The notes under the pieces: generated by a model | The model's input: the letters and a program-made list of their open reading frames with translations, nothing else | Databases searched by the model: none | Told to the model about the DNA's origin: nothing | Part shown: one piece after another, positions 1 to 11,576 of the stretch | Layout: each line of letters begins with the position of its first letter | Numbering within the stretch: the stretch's first letter is position 1 | Assembly (NCBI GenBank): GCA_046563655.1 | Contig: CM102285.1 | Span: 3,720,001 to 3,784,000 of the forward strand | DNA: 64,000 nt | Direction: 5' to 3' | Source of the DNA: Yuukianura sp. NJ FZ-2021 | Taxonomy: Eukaryota | Program-made: the position numbers and the translations under genes

Positions 1-825
1 AACGTCACAAACGTCAGAAACCTTTCCTCCAAAAATTAAAATCTTTAATTCTAAATTGCCGGTTAACCTACATTGTAAACTTGATAACTAATTTATAACG
101 TAAACAGCTGTCAGTTCTGCATGTTCAGCATGTAAGAATGGCGTATTCGTAGGGCACGTAAAATACGTATTTTTCCCAATTATACAAAAAAAAACGTATA
201 ATTTGTATTATACCGTATTTTATGTATTCTACGTGGCATGACGTATTGCGCTACTGCAGTGGTGCAGTAGTTTGTAGTGTCTCCAAAAAGAAATTCGAAG
301 GAAACGGCGCAGCAGCAGAGCAATGTGACAGCAATATTGGCAGGAATTCTTCGTTAATTTCTCTCAAACGTCCAAACCCGATTTCTTGTTCTTCTGGAGA
401 CAATCGCTCACCACGGAATCTATGGTCAATCAGATTGGCCAAAAAATGACTTGGTGTCAGAGCCATTGCCTTGCGACGGATCACTGGCTGCGGATTTGGT
501 TCTAGATCAAAGTGTTCCCAGATTTGGTCTTTTCCCCGGGGCATAACGATAAAGTAATTACTACACAATTTACGATTGACGGAAAAGTCAAAAAAACAAA
601 AGGATAATTAAAACTATCGACGACAAAGTAACGACTTCTTTTGTTTGTTGTGAATTCCGCTTTCAAACCATCGAACCCCACGGGTTTTACTTGAAAATTT
701 GAGCGCGAATGCACGGTTTTATAAAAAATGAATCTGACAAAAATGACGTTTCTGACAAGGGGTCTTGTCAGAAACGTTTATGACAGACGTTTTTGACTGA
801 CGTCATGGTCATTTTGCCAACCCTG
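1..825 (-). mobile_element. Internally deleted hAT-like DNA transposon (runs off the left edge)
   Basis: Terminus at 825 reads CAGGGTTGGCAAAATGACC on the minus strand (hAT-type CAGGG end). Repeated AACGTC/GACGTT subterminal motifs occur at 1-20 and 745-803. ORF 251-568 joins a BED-finger-like start (MPRGKDQIWEHF) to a downstream hAT-like segment (LTPSHFLANLIDHRFRG). Confidence 0.6.
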
Positions 826-2116
826 GTTGGACGTGTCGACATGTCCAAACTCATCTGCCAAAATACGCAGAATTCAAAAACAGAGCAGGTTAGTGAGGTA
901 AAGGTTAGGTTTTGTTAAGGTTACAAAACTGGAAGAGTTATGCTTCGCTGCAATCTCCTCTACCAATGGCATGTGCCCAGAATTTTTGGCAGTGTTGCAC
1001 GCACATCATCATTTGTCAATTAAAGGTACCCATGATTTTCATGACACAAATATAAAACAAAAACACCCTATTGCTATATGACCGTTCTAAATTACGCGCA
1101 TGCGCTTCACCGAAGAATCTCTTGGTCAGATAGGAGAAAAGTTCCTTACAACGACGCTCTAATCTACAGTGCTCTCCAGCACTGTGTTCCAGCATCAGCA
1201 TTAACATCAGCACCGGCCATAAATACGCTAACTCGAATAGTAAATCGTATAACTTAAGTTATAACCATTATGCTGCATAGGTTCGAACGTGATAGAAAAG
1301 TATCTCCATAACTGGCAATACAAAGCGTCCATATTTAAACTCCCACTTTTCTTGTAAAATGCTGAAATTATTATGGCAGTACCCAGCGATTTACTCGGAG
1401 GAATTCAAAAAGCAGTGACGAGCTTCACAGCGTCAAGGCTACATTAAAATGGTTTAACTTCACGCCATTTTAATTGGATTTGAGTGTTTTTATGAAAAGA
1501 GAAACGAGAGTGTTACGTAAAAAAAATAGTATTTTATTGCCACTTATAAAATAACCAAAGTTCTCACGATGCATGGTTTAAATTTTGAACAAAAATTTGA
1601 TTACGGCTTTATGCTAACATGTCAGCTAAATAAAATAAATCTTTTGACAACGTGTGTGGCAATGAGCCGTTGGCGTATAATGTGAACATGTTGTCCAATT
1701 AAAAATAATTTAATCCAGTTGACCAAATACTGCACTATGCAGTATGAACCCGTGTTTAAACCAACGAATTCCAACGATGACTCCGAATGTAAGTTTAGTT
1801 TGTAAAAGTGGATATTCTGCCTTAAGCTGTAAAACTTTGTAAGTTACGTATACGAAAAATTCTTTGCCTGAAGAAACTTTAAAATGGTTCTACGAGTATA
1901 AACGTGATAGAATTAAAGCGAACATTTTCTTCTGCGATTTTAACTTCGAGATTGAGTTATAATTAAATTAATTACATTTAAACACGTTTCGGCAGGTGTG
2001 AACATTATAATTACATTTAATTAATTATAAGATGTGTTGCTTTTGCGTTGGACTTGGACTTTGTCCAAAACATATTTTTAACAGAATCTTTTACACCCCG
2101 TATGTCGAAAAAATTT

Positions 2117-2355
2117 GGTTCCATGCCATTGTTTCAAATGAATTGTTTCAAAAAAAAATTGTTTCAAAAACCTAATTTTCATACCTAAACCTAACTCAGC
2201 CTAACCTAAAATTACATAACTAACCTAAACTTAATTATCCTAATCCAAATTAACCTAATCTAAGCCTTAAACCCTAAACAGCTGGTGTTTTGAAACAATT
2301 TTTTTTGAAACAATTCGTATTTGAAACAATTCATTTGAAACAACGGCGTGCTCCC
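2117..2355. mobile_element. MITE with GG...CC termini and an internal TAACC-like array
   Basis: Ends GGTTCCATGCCATTGTTTCAAATGAATTG and CAATTCATTTGAAACAACGGCGTGCTCCC are imperfect inverted repeats. Flanks AAAAATTT/AAAAAATT suggest an 8-bp TSD with one mismatch. The centre is a degenerate (TAACC)n run. Confidence 0.7.
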
Positions 2356-3368
2356 AAAAAATTAACACCACAATTTGAAATAAGACAATTCTGTTGAAAA
2401 GCCATTGTAACTTTTTTGTGGTTTACAGGATCGAAAAACTTGTAAAAAGACAAAAATTTTGACTACAAGGGTATTTTTTTTGTAGAGGTATTAAAAGTAA
2501 TTAACATAGTCTAGTCAATAAAGTGTCTCACCTTTACCATGTTTTAGGATATAAAAACACTTCAAAACTGGTTTCTGTAAGCAAAAAAAAAATACATAAG
2601 CGATATTGTCATCGTTTTTCATATCAAAAACAAAAAATATATGCAACAGTTAGGACATTTAACAGTAAGTAACTAACAAACATTACTTACATAACATTAC
2701 AAAAATCACGCTAATTTTTTTTTATATATGTAGTGCATACAAATTTACTCCTTAAAGAATTTTGCTAGAAATTAAGCCAGAAAGTGTGATTTTGGTTTAT
2801 CAGTGCGTACTTAATATTAAAATATTTTTTGTCTTAATAAAGTTATCACGACAAAAAATATTGACTTTTTTGAATACTTTGACCCTTTACATAAAATTTT
2901 GGATTTAAGTTTTCATCAATTAATTGTTCTAATTTGTCTTAATTAATCAATGAGTACGAACAAATTTATTTGTGCTTCCAATAATCAGGCGCTAATTGAT
3001 TTGTAAACTTACTCGGAATGAAAGTGTCACTCCTAATTTTATATAATTTACTAATGTCTGGTTAGTTCTGTTTGACAAATTCATGAACAATTATTTGCAC
3101 AAGGGGAAAGTACTGCCATAACCTTTCGATTTCTTCCTGACTTCACTTTTCACGCCTCAGCATGGGCAGACTTTAGCATCCTTGTGGGAGTTTATTAAAG
3201 GGAACATGCAACTCTTTGGCTTTGGTTTATTTCCTTCATGGCCTGTACCACTGGTGTTGCGTAACGTAAAACTGGGTTACAATCTGCAATAATCCCAGAA
3301 GTATGTCATCGTCGATGTCATTTAAATGTTTTATTTTCCTTTTCCTTTTGGTACTTTTGTCGTTTAAG

Positions 3369-4497
3369 GCTTGGTGGACTTTCGTCAAACGATCACTTTG
3401 AGGAAGGAAGCCATTGGGAATCGAACTCTCGGGAAGATGGCAGACTCAAGACGTATTTTGTCATATTCACTTTGCTATTGTTTTTTATTCTGTTTTGAAA
3501 ATTTAGTTATCAGTAATCCAGTACAACAATTATATCATCTTCCAAAAGTAGTTAGAGACATGATCATCAGCAATAAAACTGAAACGAAGCTCCACCGCGG
3601 AGATATTATTCCGGACCTGCCAAATCTTCTGCGTCTTCCAAACGAAACTACGCTTTCAGTTGATTCAGAGAATGCTAAGGGCTCAATCACGTTGTCGTAA
3701 GTTCGCCAAGTATTTTACATTTGATATTTACTCATCCTATCAAACTCTTTTTTTTTTGAAAATTTGTAGACACATTGTTGCAACCGGACTAGACGCTTTG
3801 ATAGATGATATTGAGGTGAATTTGGTCCAGATGAAAACGTCAGCGATGCTCAAGATTCCCGCCAAAGTCTGGATATCAGGTTGGTCATGGAATGCATTTT
3901 TGTATTAACACGTATTTTTATAGTAAGGAGTATAAACTAAGCAATAGTAAGTAAAATTAATTAATGTAACATAACATGACCCGATTAACATAACCAGGCG
4001 ACTACGTACTGGATGGCAAGGTCAGTTCAGGGGAAGATGAAACTAGCGTTTCTGGGCAAGGATCGTTTACAGTAGGCGTGAAGAATCTGAACGTATTAAT
4101 GGAGTCGAGACTTGACGTTGCCCTACTTTCTGGACGCGTGTCCCTTGCAAACATGGATCTCCAAGTAGCGTATGAAACAATTTCCATCAAAGCAGATAAC
4201 TTTGCTTTGAACGACGAAGTCGTGGATTGGCAATCAGTGAATACTGAGCTGAACGAAAACTTTGAATCGGTCTGGAGTCAGTACCAGGAGCCCTTAGTAA
4301 TAGCTGTTACTGAGGGAATTAATGAACTCATATCGGTAACATCTTCATCAATTTGCATTTATTTGAGAAATTGGTTTACTCAATTCTTTGTTTTGATCCA
4401 GGGTGCAACAATTAAGGACCTGGTTGATGTGTTTCAAAAGAAGAAAACCTTCGAGCAGCTCATTCTAAGTGCAGCGACATCCGGAAAAAGGGCTTAA
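3369..4497 (+). CDS. Haemolymph JHBP/takeout-like (TULIP-fold) lipid-binding protein, spliced; first exon not resolved
   Basis: Spliced segments IIPDLPNLLRLPNETTLSVDSENAKGSITL / IVATGLDALIDDIEVNLVQMKTSAMLKIP / DYVLDGKVSSG..SGQGSFTVGVKNLNV / ...ELNENFESVWSQYQEPLVIAVTEGINELIS fit the beta-rich JHBP pattern with a long C-terminal helix. Stop at 4497. Confidence 0.55.
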
Positions 4498-5289
4498 ACC
4501 TGGCATATATTTTAAAGAAATTTTAACTTTATTGTTAGCTTTTTTCCAATTTCGAATTTTCTGAATAACTGTTAAATGTTACGACATGTAGCTCCAGAAG
4601 TCATTACAACTGGTTTACCGTTACCTATTAGTATTACCATCCGTATTACAATTTTGGATAGGTCTGATACCTTTCCTTAGGGTTGGCTATACTGTATACT
4701 GTAATTAATCGTTGCTCATAAGCATATGTGCAACATTAATTTCAACTCTACTTATTTTTATACTGATTATCCGTAAATCAATTATAAAGGAATAATGAAA
4801 AGGACGCTTCCGAACAGCGAAACGCGCGAAATCATTTCTCCAAAAATGCAATTCAAACAGAATGAATGTGCCTACAAAAATTTCGAAAAGTACCGTAATC
4901 CGGATTCTATATGCCATGCGGGTCTAATCCGGGTATTTTCAGAGTTTCTGGCTTAATTTATTTAAAAAAAAACAGACTGAATGAAAAATGGTTTCCAGAA
5001 GGTAATTATTCCAAATTCTCGATATTTTTCTGACTTTTCCTGTTTTCTATTAAAAACCTTCCAAAAATGGTGCTGAATGAAACCGCCCCAAACGCTGAAC
5101 CTTGAAAACCACAGTAAAGCATTCATTCCGTTTAACTTTAACACATTATGTTTAACGCTCTCATTTATTATCAGCCAGTCATGAAGTATAGGGTGACGAT
5201 TAGCGTCAACGATGGCTAGTCTAACAATAAAATGTAGTGTGAAATAAAATAACATAACGGACAACCTAGATACAACTTTTTCCCACCAC

Positions 5290-5897
5290 TTATTCTGCCT
5301 TAATGGATGTCACCATCAACATTTTTAAAGTTTTAATACTTTGAATAATAAATTCCAAATCATTTGCCAACATCTTGACCTCTTGAGACTGGTGTCCAGC
5401 TTCCGTCCTTGCTGCAGCGATGCCCCCAACAATAGAGCCAATTGCCATCAAAGCACCAAAGTCAAATGGCAAACTGATGATGCCAAATGCCATACCTGCT
5501 GTGGCTCCAACTGCTGCCGCGTGAACAATCGGTTTATTTCCTAACATTCCACCCAGAATAGCTTTTTCAGCGCGAGTTGTTGCAGTTTCCAGCTCCAAAA
5601 GTACATGCGACATTTCTTCATTTCGCGAAAAATACGGAAGCATTACCTTGGAATCTACCACAAACTGTTGACATGATTTCACGAACTGCCACACGGATGT
5701 CACTTGTTCATCGCTCAAAACCAAACTGAAAATAAAATAAAACGTGCAAAATCTTGAATATTTCTTTAGATTAATAGAACTAAAAGTTTCTACAAAAATT
5801 TAAAATAGTTTTACCAATTTTTTGGATACACTGCCGAAGTGAAATCATTCAATACACCAGAAGCCTCTTGTTGTAATCCTCTTAGACAGTCCATCAT
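5290..5897 (-). CDS. Small glycine-zipper/hydrophobic-hairpin protein A (172 aa, 2 exons)
   Basis: Exon 5897-5815 (MMDCLRGLQQ...YPKN) is followed by a GT-AG phase-2 intron and exon 5725-5290. Hydrophobic core AAAVGATAGMAFGIISLPFDFGALMAIGSIVGGIAAA. Confidence 0.7.
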
Positions 5898-6726
5898 GAT
5901 ACAGCAAGTCTGCTTTGGCTCGACAATCACAATTTTATAAATTAAAAACTGAAGCTGAAACTTCTCGTTAGTTCAAGTTTCATGATTCATAATTCTCTGG
6001 AAAACGTTGACTTTGCTGCGCAATTGACACAATAGGACCGTGTAGTTAGCTTTATTATATCTTTGCTGTATTCACACAAAAAGAGAGCAATTGCAAGGCT
6101 GCTGATTCCCGTATCGTTTCGTCTGGAACGGAACTGAAACCGAAACGGGCGACATTGAAACGAAACGTAACGACTCTAAGAAAGGCAAACAATTACCAGA
6201 CGAATTTTGATTTTCTTGAATCGTGGAACAACTTATACTGTGCATACATTTCATAAAAGGAAGAAACTCTAGGAAACCTAACCAATTCCTCTTTACATGA
6301 AATTCTAGTAAACTTGAAACCACGGTTATTTGAGTTTAGTAGTCTGGTTCGATATTTTGAAAAGCGGGCGGCAATGGAAAAACGATTAGTTCGTTTTCAA
6401 AATCCTGGAAAATGATACGGAAGCAATTTGGAAACGGCTTTCGTTTCATTTCTGGACAAGAAGAGTGAACATCCATATGCTTATCTATGAATTGAAGTTC
6501 TATGAAAATTGATAATGGAAACTATAGTTGTTTCTTAGATCCAAGTTGTTGAGTGTTTTTAGTGTTTATCTTCTTATTATTAGGGTGCTCTTTCGAATAA
6601 CACTCCTTGCCTGTGTTTCTATGCAAAATCGCATCGTATTTTTTTCGACAATCCGCATTTGACTCCGTTTCTTTTGCAACTCCAATTTTCAACATTTTGT
6701 TTTTCAACGAGAAATTTTAGTTTAAC

Positions 6727-8076
6727 ATGGCAGTAACCGAATCTGAAATCAGAAGAGATATAAGGTAAGTTTTAATTTCCGTTACCGCATTTCTTTGCCT
6801 CCAAGCCTAAAAAAATTTTGAAGACAAAATTCTTGGTGTTCCCTGAAAACTAAACATTGTTCTAATCATGAGTAGGAATTGTGTGTAAACGTAGTAGACT
6901 CTTTGTCAAACTGCGCTAATCTAGTGTCAATTCATCAAATCCATCAAATAAATTCCACATGAAAAACATTTGTAAACATTTATTCACCCTGTTATACTGA
7001 CACGGACGAGAACACCGGAAAATTTTATCCATGGTTCAACATTAACATGTCTTTTGAAGAAATTGAACCCATGCTGTGTACGATTTGCGTGTGACATTTG
7101 GTGTCAAATCCATCGCCAAAACCTTAACAGTTAAATACCTATTATGTAGAAATTACCTTCACCAAGCTTGGAAACAAGGTCTATCTATGGTAAATCTATG
7201 TTGTCCACTTTAAACAATAGGTTTTTGCGCTATTGAAGTAGTTTTGAGAATTGCTTGGTACGGCATATGCGTAATTTCAGCCTATAGGCAAGGAAATACG
7301 GTAATTTTTTTAACTCTTAAAACTGAATTCCGCCTAAAGCTGAAGCCTCAACTTAACATTGACTTATCAGTTGTCCTTTAAGCAGTGACAACATTATTTT
7401 CTACATAAAAACTCATAAAAGAGCAAAACTTAATGGTGGAAGAATTGAGAAGTTACACAGCGATAAAAAAAAGTTGGAAATTACTTTTAATGAATACCCA
7501 ATAATAACTATGTATTTCTCCCACCAGCGATTTGTCTGAAGAACAAAGAAGAGCCGTGTCAAATTTCGTAGAACGCACAAATGCATTGGTTTCCGATGGA
7601 GAAGAACTAATTAACAGCATTTCTTCCATTGACGAATCAAGTCGAAATGAAATTAGGTAAAAATTCAAAAATTGTAGAAATTTAAGATAAATATACTAAA
7701 TATAAATACAATAATATGAATATACGAATAATTGAATAATGCAAAATAATTTATGCCAACATTACTGGAATGCAGGAACTCTATTTCTGAAGCCAGGAGC
7801 CAAACGCGACGACTCATTAGAAATGGATTGGTTGGAGCCGGTTGTGTTGCTGGGGTTGTTGGTGGTGCCATTGCCGGAGTAAAAATCGGACTAGTTGGCG
7901 GACCTTGGGGGATGGGCATTGGAGGAGTGATTGGTGGAATCGCTGGCCTTATTGCTGGGGGTTTATTGGGATTGGCACTATCCGAAATTTTGGTTTGCTT
8001 AATGAACAAACTGAAAGAAATTAGCCTGTTTGTGCAAACCCGATTTGGAAACATGACAGCACATTTTCGCTTTTAA
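6727..8076 (+). CDS. Small glycine-zipper/hydrophobic-hairpin protein B (155 aa, 3 exons), paralog of A
   Basis: Exons 6727-6764 (MAVTESEIRRDI, donor GTAAGT), 7528-7656 and 7776-8076 splice in frame. Core GLVGAGCVAGVVGGAIAGVKIGLVGGPWGMGIGGVIGGIAGLIAGGLLGLAL. LSEEQRRAVSNFVER aligns with LSDEQVTSVWQFVKS of protein A. Confidence 0.72.
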
Positions 8077-8723
8077 TACGAATAAGCGACTTTGCAATTT
8101 TCATGTTGCTTTCGCTTGGAATTTTAAATGCAATCTGTTTTTGCAAGGTCATTCTGTCTTTGCAAGTAATAAATAAGGTTTTAAATAAATAAAGATTTAA
8201 ATAAAATCAAATAAATGAAGTCATGATCATGACTACAAACCCTATCATTTCGCAACTCATTGTTGCCATGTTTTTTGAGTCAGAACTTTCGCTGCTTACT
8301 GTAAAGTTCTAAATTACAATCGAAGTGTGAATTCTCAGTAGTACTTTGACCAGTCTATAACAAACGGTTGTAAATCGGTGTACGTAAGTAGCGAAAAATG
8401 CCCCCCCCCCCCGCCTCACGGGGGGTACGGGTGGGTTTCCCCATTTTCCCGCACCCCTCAAGGGGAATAGAGTGTGTTCCTCCTTCTTTTTAAGTTAAGT
8501 TAAGCTACCGGGATAATACTCCACCAGAGTGACCGGGTCCGGGCCATGGCATTGTGATTAGTGGTCGATTTCAGGTGCAGTAGTTTGTAAAATAATTTTT
8601 CTGTACGGAGGGACAAACAGACATGAATCAAAACATAAAGTAGCTTCCAACAAATTATGGAGCATCGAGCATCTAAAAAAGTTAACTCCGGAGAACAATA
8701 TGGTCAGGCTGAAGTTTACTTCA

Positions 8724-9472
8724 GAGTAAGTCCATCTCAAACCGGAACAGTACGTTGCATCGATGGTCACGGATTTTCTTGAAACTTGGTAAGAATGTAG
8801 TATTTGATGTCCTAAGCCAGATTCTTTTTGGAAATTTGAAAAAAGTGACGCATGCCTCCGCTGTCGTCGATTGAAGTCGCCATTTTGGAAAACTTGGTCC
8901 CCATTTTATTCAGCGACCTTTCAACGGATTCGCTTGCGGTTTTTTGCGTTCACTTCAGTTTTCAATTGCCCAGAGGTGTTTTTAAGCGTTTGACCCGAAA
9001 ACCGAGGTCAAAGGTCACTTAAGGGTCAAAAACTCAAAAATGGGGTCAATTTTCAAAATATGGGGATTTTTGTCTTCGGTGACGTCACTGTACACTGTTT
9101 TACGTACAAATTGTAGCCCTTAGTTCCTGATTTGGTTTTTTTGAAAATTGACCCCATTTTTGAGTTTTTGACCCTTAAGTGACCTTTGACCTCGGGTTTG
9201 GGTCAAACGCTGAAAAACACCTCTGGGCAATTGAAAACTGAAGTGAATGCAAAAAACCGCAAGCAAATTGGATGAAAGGTCGCTGAATAAAATGGGGACC
9301 AAGTTTTCCAAAATGGCGACTTCAAGCGGCGACAGCGGAGGCATGCGTCACTTTTTTCAAATTTCCAAAAGGAATCCGGTTTAGGACATCAAATACTACA
9401 TTCTTACCAAGTTTCAAGAAAATCCGTGACCATCGATGCAACGTACTGTTCCGGTTTGAGATGGACTTACTC
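8724..9472. mobile_element. Non-autonomous foldback element with ~335-bp TIRs, Sola-like
   Basis: GAGTAAGTCCATCTCAAACCGGAAC... and its reverse complement ending at 9472; 4-bp TSD TTCA on both sides. GAG termini, long TIRs and a 4-bp TSD fit the Sola superfamily (inference). Confidence 0.85.
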
Positions 9473-9566
9473 TTCAACCTTCAACCCGCGAGAAAAAGAA
9501 GAGTTGTTTACTTCTTGTAATTTTGATTTGATATCAGAAAGTTTTTTTAAGATCAAGCAATTTAAC

Positions 9567-11207
9567 ATGAACCGGTATCGTACTTTTCTGCGATTATTTG
9601 TTACATCAAGTACAGCACCTTCACAAAAAACCGTTCCAGTTGCTATACTGCGAAATAAACCGAAAGGTACACAAAACGAGGTACGTTTACCAGTCTTCGT
9701 GCAGTTTTTTTTTCTTATCAAAGGCTGTTGTTGAGTTAAATTTTCTGTAGAATGGAAACTGCTCCCAATTTTCATCGCGAACTTAATGTATTCAACGTTT
9801 TGCAACTTTTTCCAGGTTACGAGTTTTGTTGACGAAAGAAGAATACACGTATTCGGAGGAAAAGGTGGAGACGGTTGTATTTCGTTTCTGAGTGTTTGTC
9901 ATAAGGAATTTGCTGGGCCAGACGGCGGTGACGGTGGAAATGGTGGCCATGTTCTTTTCCAGGTATATAGCAAGGAAATAAATGACATAAACACAGCTTA
10001 TTGCAGTTTTGTTTTGCTTTGTAATTTGGGTTGAATCTTTTTCCGTGTTATTACTATAAGTGCTTTTGGTTTGTTTCCTTTTAAAATGATTTGTTTTTAT
10101 ATCTAGGCTTCCTTAGAAGTCAGTTCCTTGTCTCATCTAGCAACTATAATTCGTGGGGAAGACGGCGAGAAAGGTTCCGGCAAGAATTGTTATGGAAGAA
10201 ACGGAGCTCCAGCTATTTATAAGGTGAATACAGTTTTCCTGTGTTAACAAATACGTTTTCAATCTAAGTATTTAGAAACCATCCATAGGTTATATCATAC
10301 GGCGAAATGAGTTAGATTGGAATCTTTTTAGGTGCCGTTTGGAACCACTTTCAAGACAGAAAATGACGAACTTGTCGCCGATCTATGCTCTCCTGATGCT
10401 ACAATCTTTTTGGCAGCACGTGGTGGGGCCGGAGGTAAGGGGAATCGTTTTTTCGCCACAGCCGAAAACCAAAGTCCTGAAGTCGCAGAGTTCGGTGCCA
10501 AAGGGGAGGAATTTGTATATAGAGTGGAAGTATCAACAATGGCGCATGTAGGACTGGTCGGGTTCCCGAACGCTGGAAAATCGACACTGCTCCAAGCTAT
10601 TTCAAGAGCTAGACCGAAAGTTGCACCTTACCCTTTTACAACACTAAAGCCATACATTGGCATGGTGCTATACGATGACATGGAACAAATTGCGGGTATG
10701 TCATAAGAAACATAAGTTTCATAAGTCCATGCGGTTTAGTTATTCGTTCTTTTTTTTGTTGTAGTGGCCGATGTACCGGGTCTTATTGAGGACGCTCACA
10801 AGAACCGCGGCCTTGGAATATCCTTTCTAAAGCACATTCAGCGCTGTGTGTGTCTACTTTATGTTATTGATATGTCATCCAATGACCCGTTCGGTCAACT
10901 GCAAATCCTCATCAGGGAACTTGAGCATTACAACCCAGAACTTACTAAAAGACCTTCAATAATCTTGGCGAACAAAATGGACCTCGAAGAGTCAAAGTCA
11001 AAGCTAGATGAGTTTATAGAAGACGTCGGGTCAGCAGCCAAAGTGATCCCGATTTCAGCTAAATACACAATCAATCTTCAAGAAATGCTCAGTCACATCA
11101 GGATACTCTATGATGAAGAGACTGAAAGGCTAAGGAAGATTTATGAAGAGAACAAGACACACCAAAGTGAACTAGACCTCCTAACATGGACACGCTCAAC
11201 CAAGTGA
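9567..11207 (+). CDS. MTG2: Mitochondrial ribosome-associated GTPase 2 (Obg family), 5 exons
   Basis: Presequence-like N-terminus [11 protein letters not shown]; Obg glycine-rich motifs [29 protein letters not shown]1 [28 protein letters not shown]. Confidence 0.92.
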
Positions 11208-11576
11208 GACAAAACTAACTTTAGGTACTCCTAATACCTAATTTCCTAATAATCGCTTCTACCAGGCTCTTGTGAGTGATGGTAGATGAAAGTGATAGAA
11301 AGCTTTTAACGGTAATGATAATGGACCAGTCACTTCACTTTGCGGAATCGGAGTTTTGTAATTAAATTACATTTATTGAGCTCAATTTTTAAGTCTCTTT
11401 TCCTGCCAGGCACGGCCCGTTTTTATTCAAAATCTTTCCTCTGTAATCCATAGTAAATGTTTTTTTTTGTTTATAATTTGACTGCTGACAAAAGTATAAT
11501 AAGTGTCGAGTAACTCTAGGTTAAGGTTAGTAGTTAGTAGTAAAGTTGGCTTTAATGGAAAGTTGGAGGCATATTA

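Noticed and set aside
828-1000. Palindrome TGGACGTGTCGACATGTCCA, CTGCCAAAA/TTTTGGCAG inverted repeat and GGTTA-like tract
   Set aside because: Probably a decayed MITE, but termini and TSD cannot be supported.
8398-8470. C/G-run-rich patch (possible G4 or Helitron-like hairpin)
   Set aside because: No clear CTRR end or element boundary could be defined.
8574-8589. 16-nt match GGTGCAGTAGTTTGTA with 261-276 (both translate as LQTTAP)
   Set aside because: No flanking similarity; one such match is roughly expected by chance in 64 kb.
8558-9734. Two ORFs starting with identical MTIDATYCSGLRWTYS
   Set aside because: They are read outward from the two arms of the foldback element; not genes.
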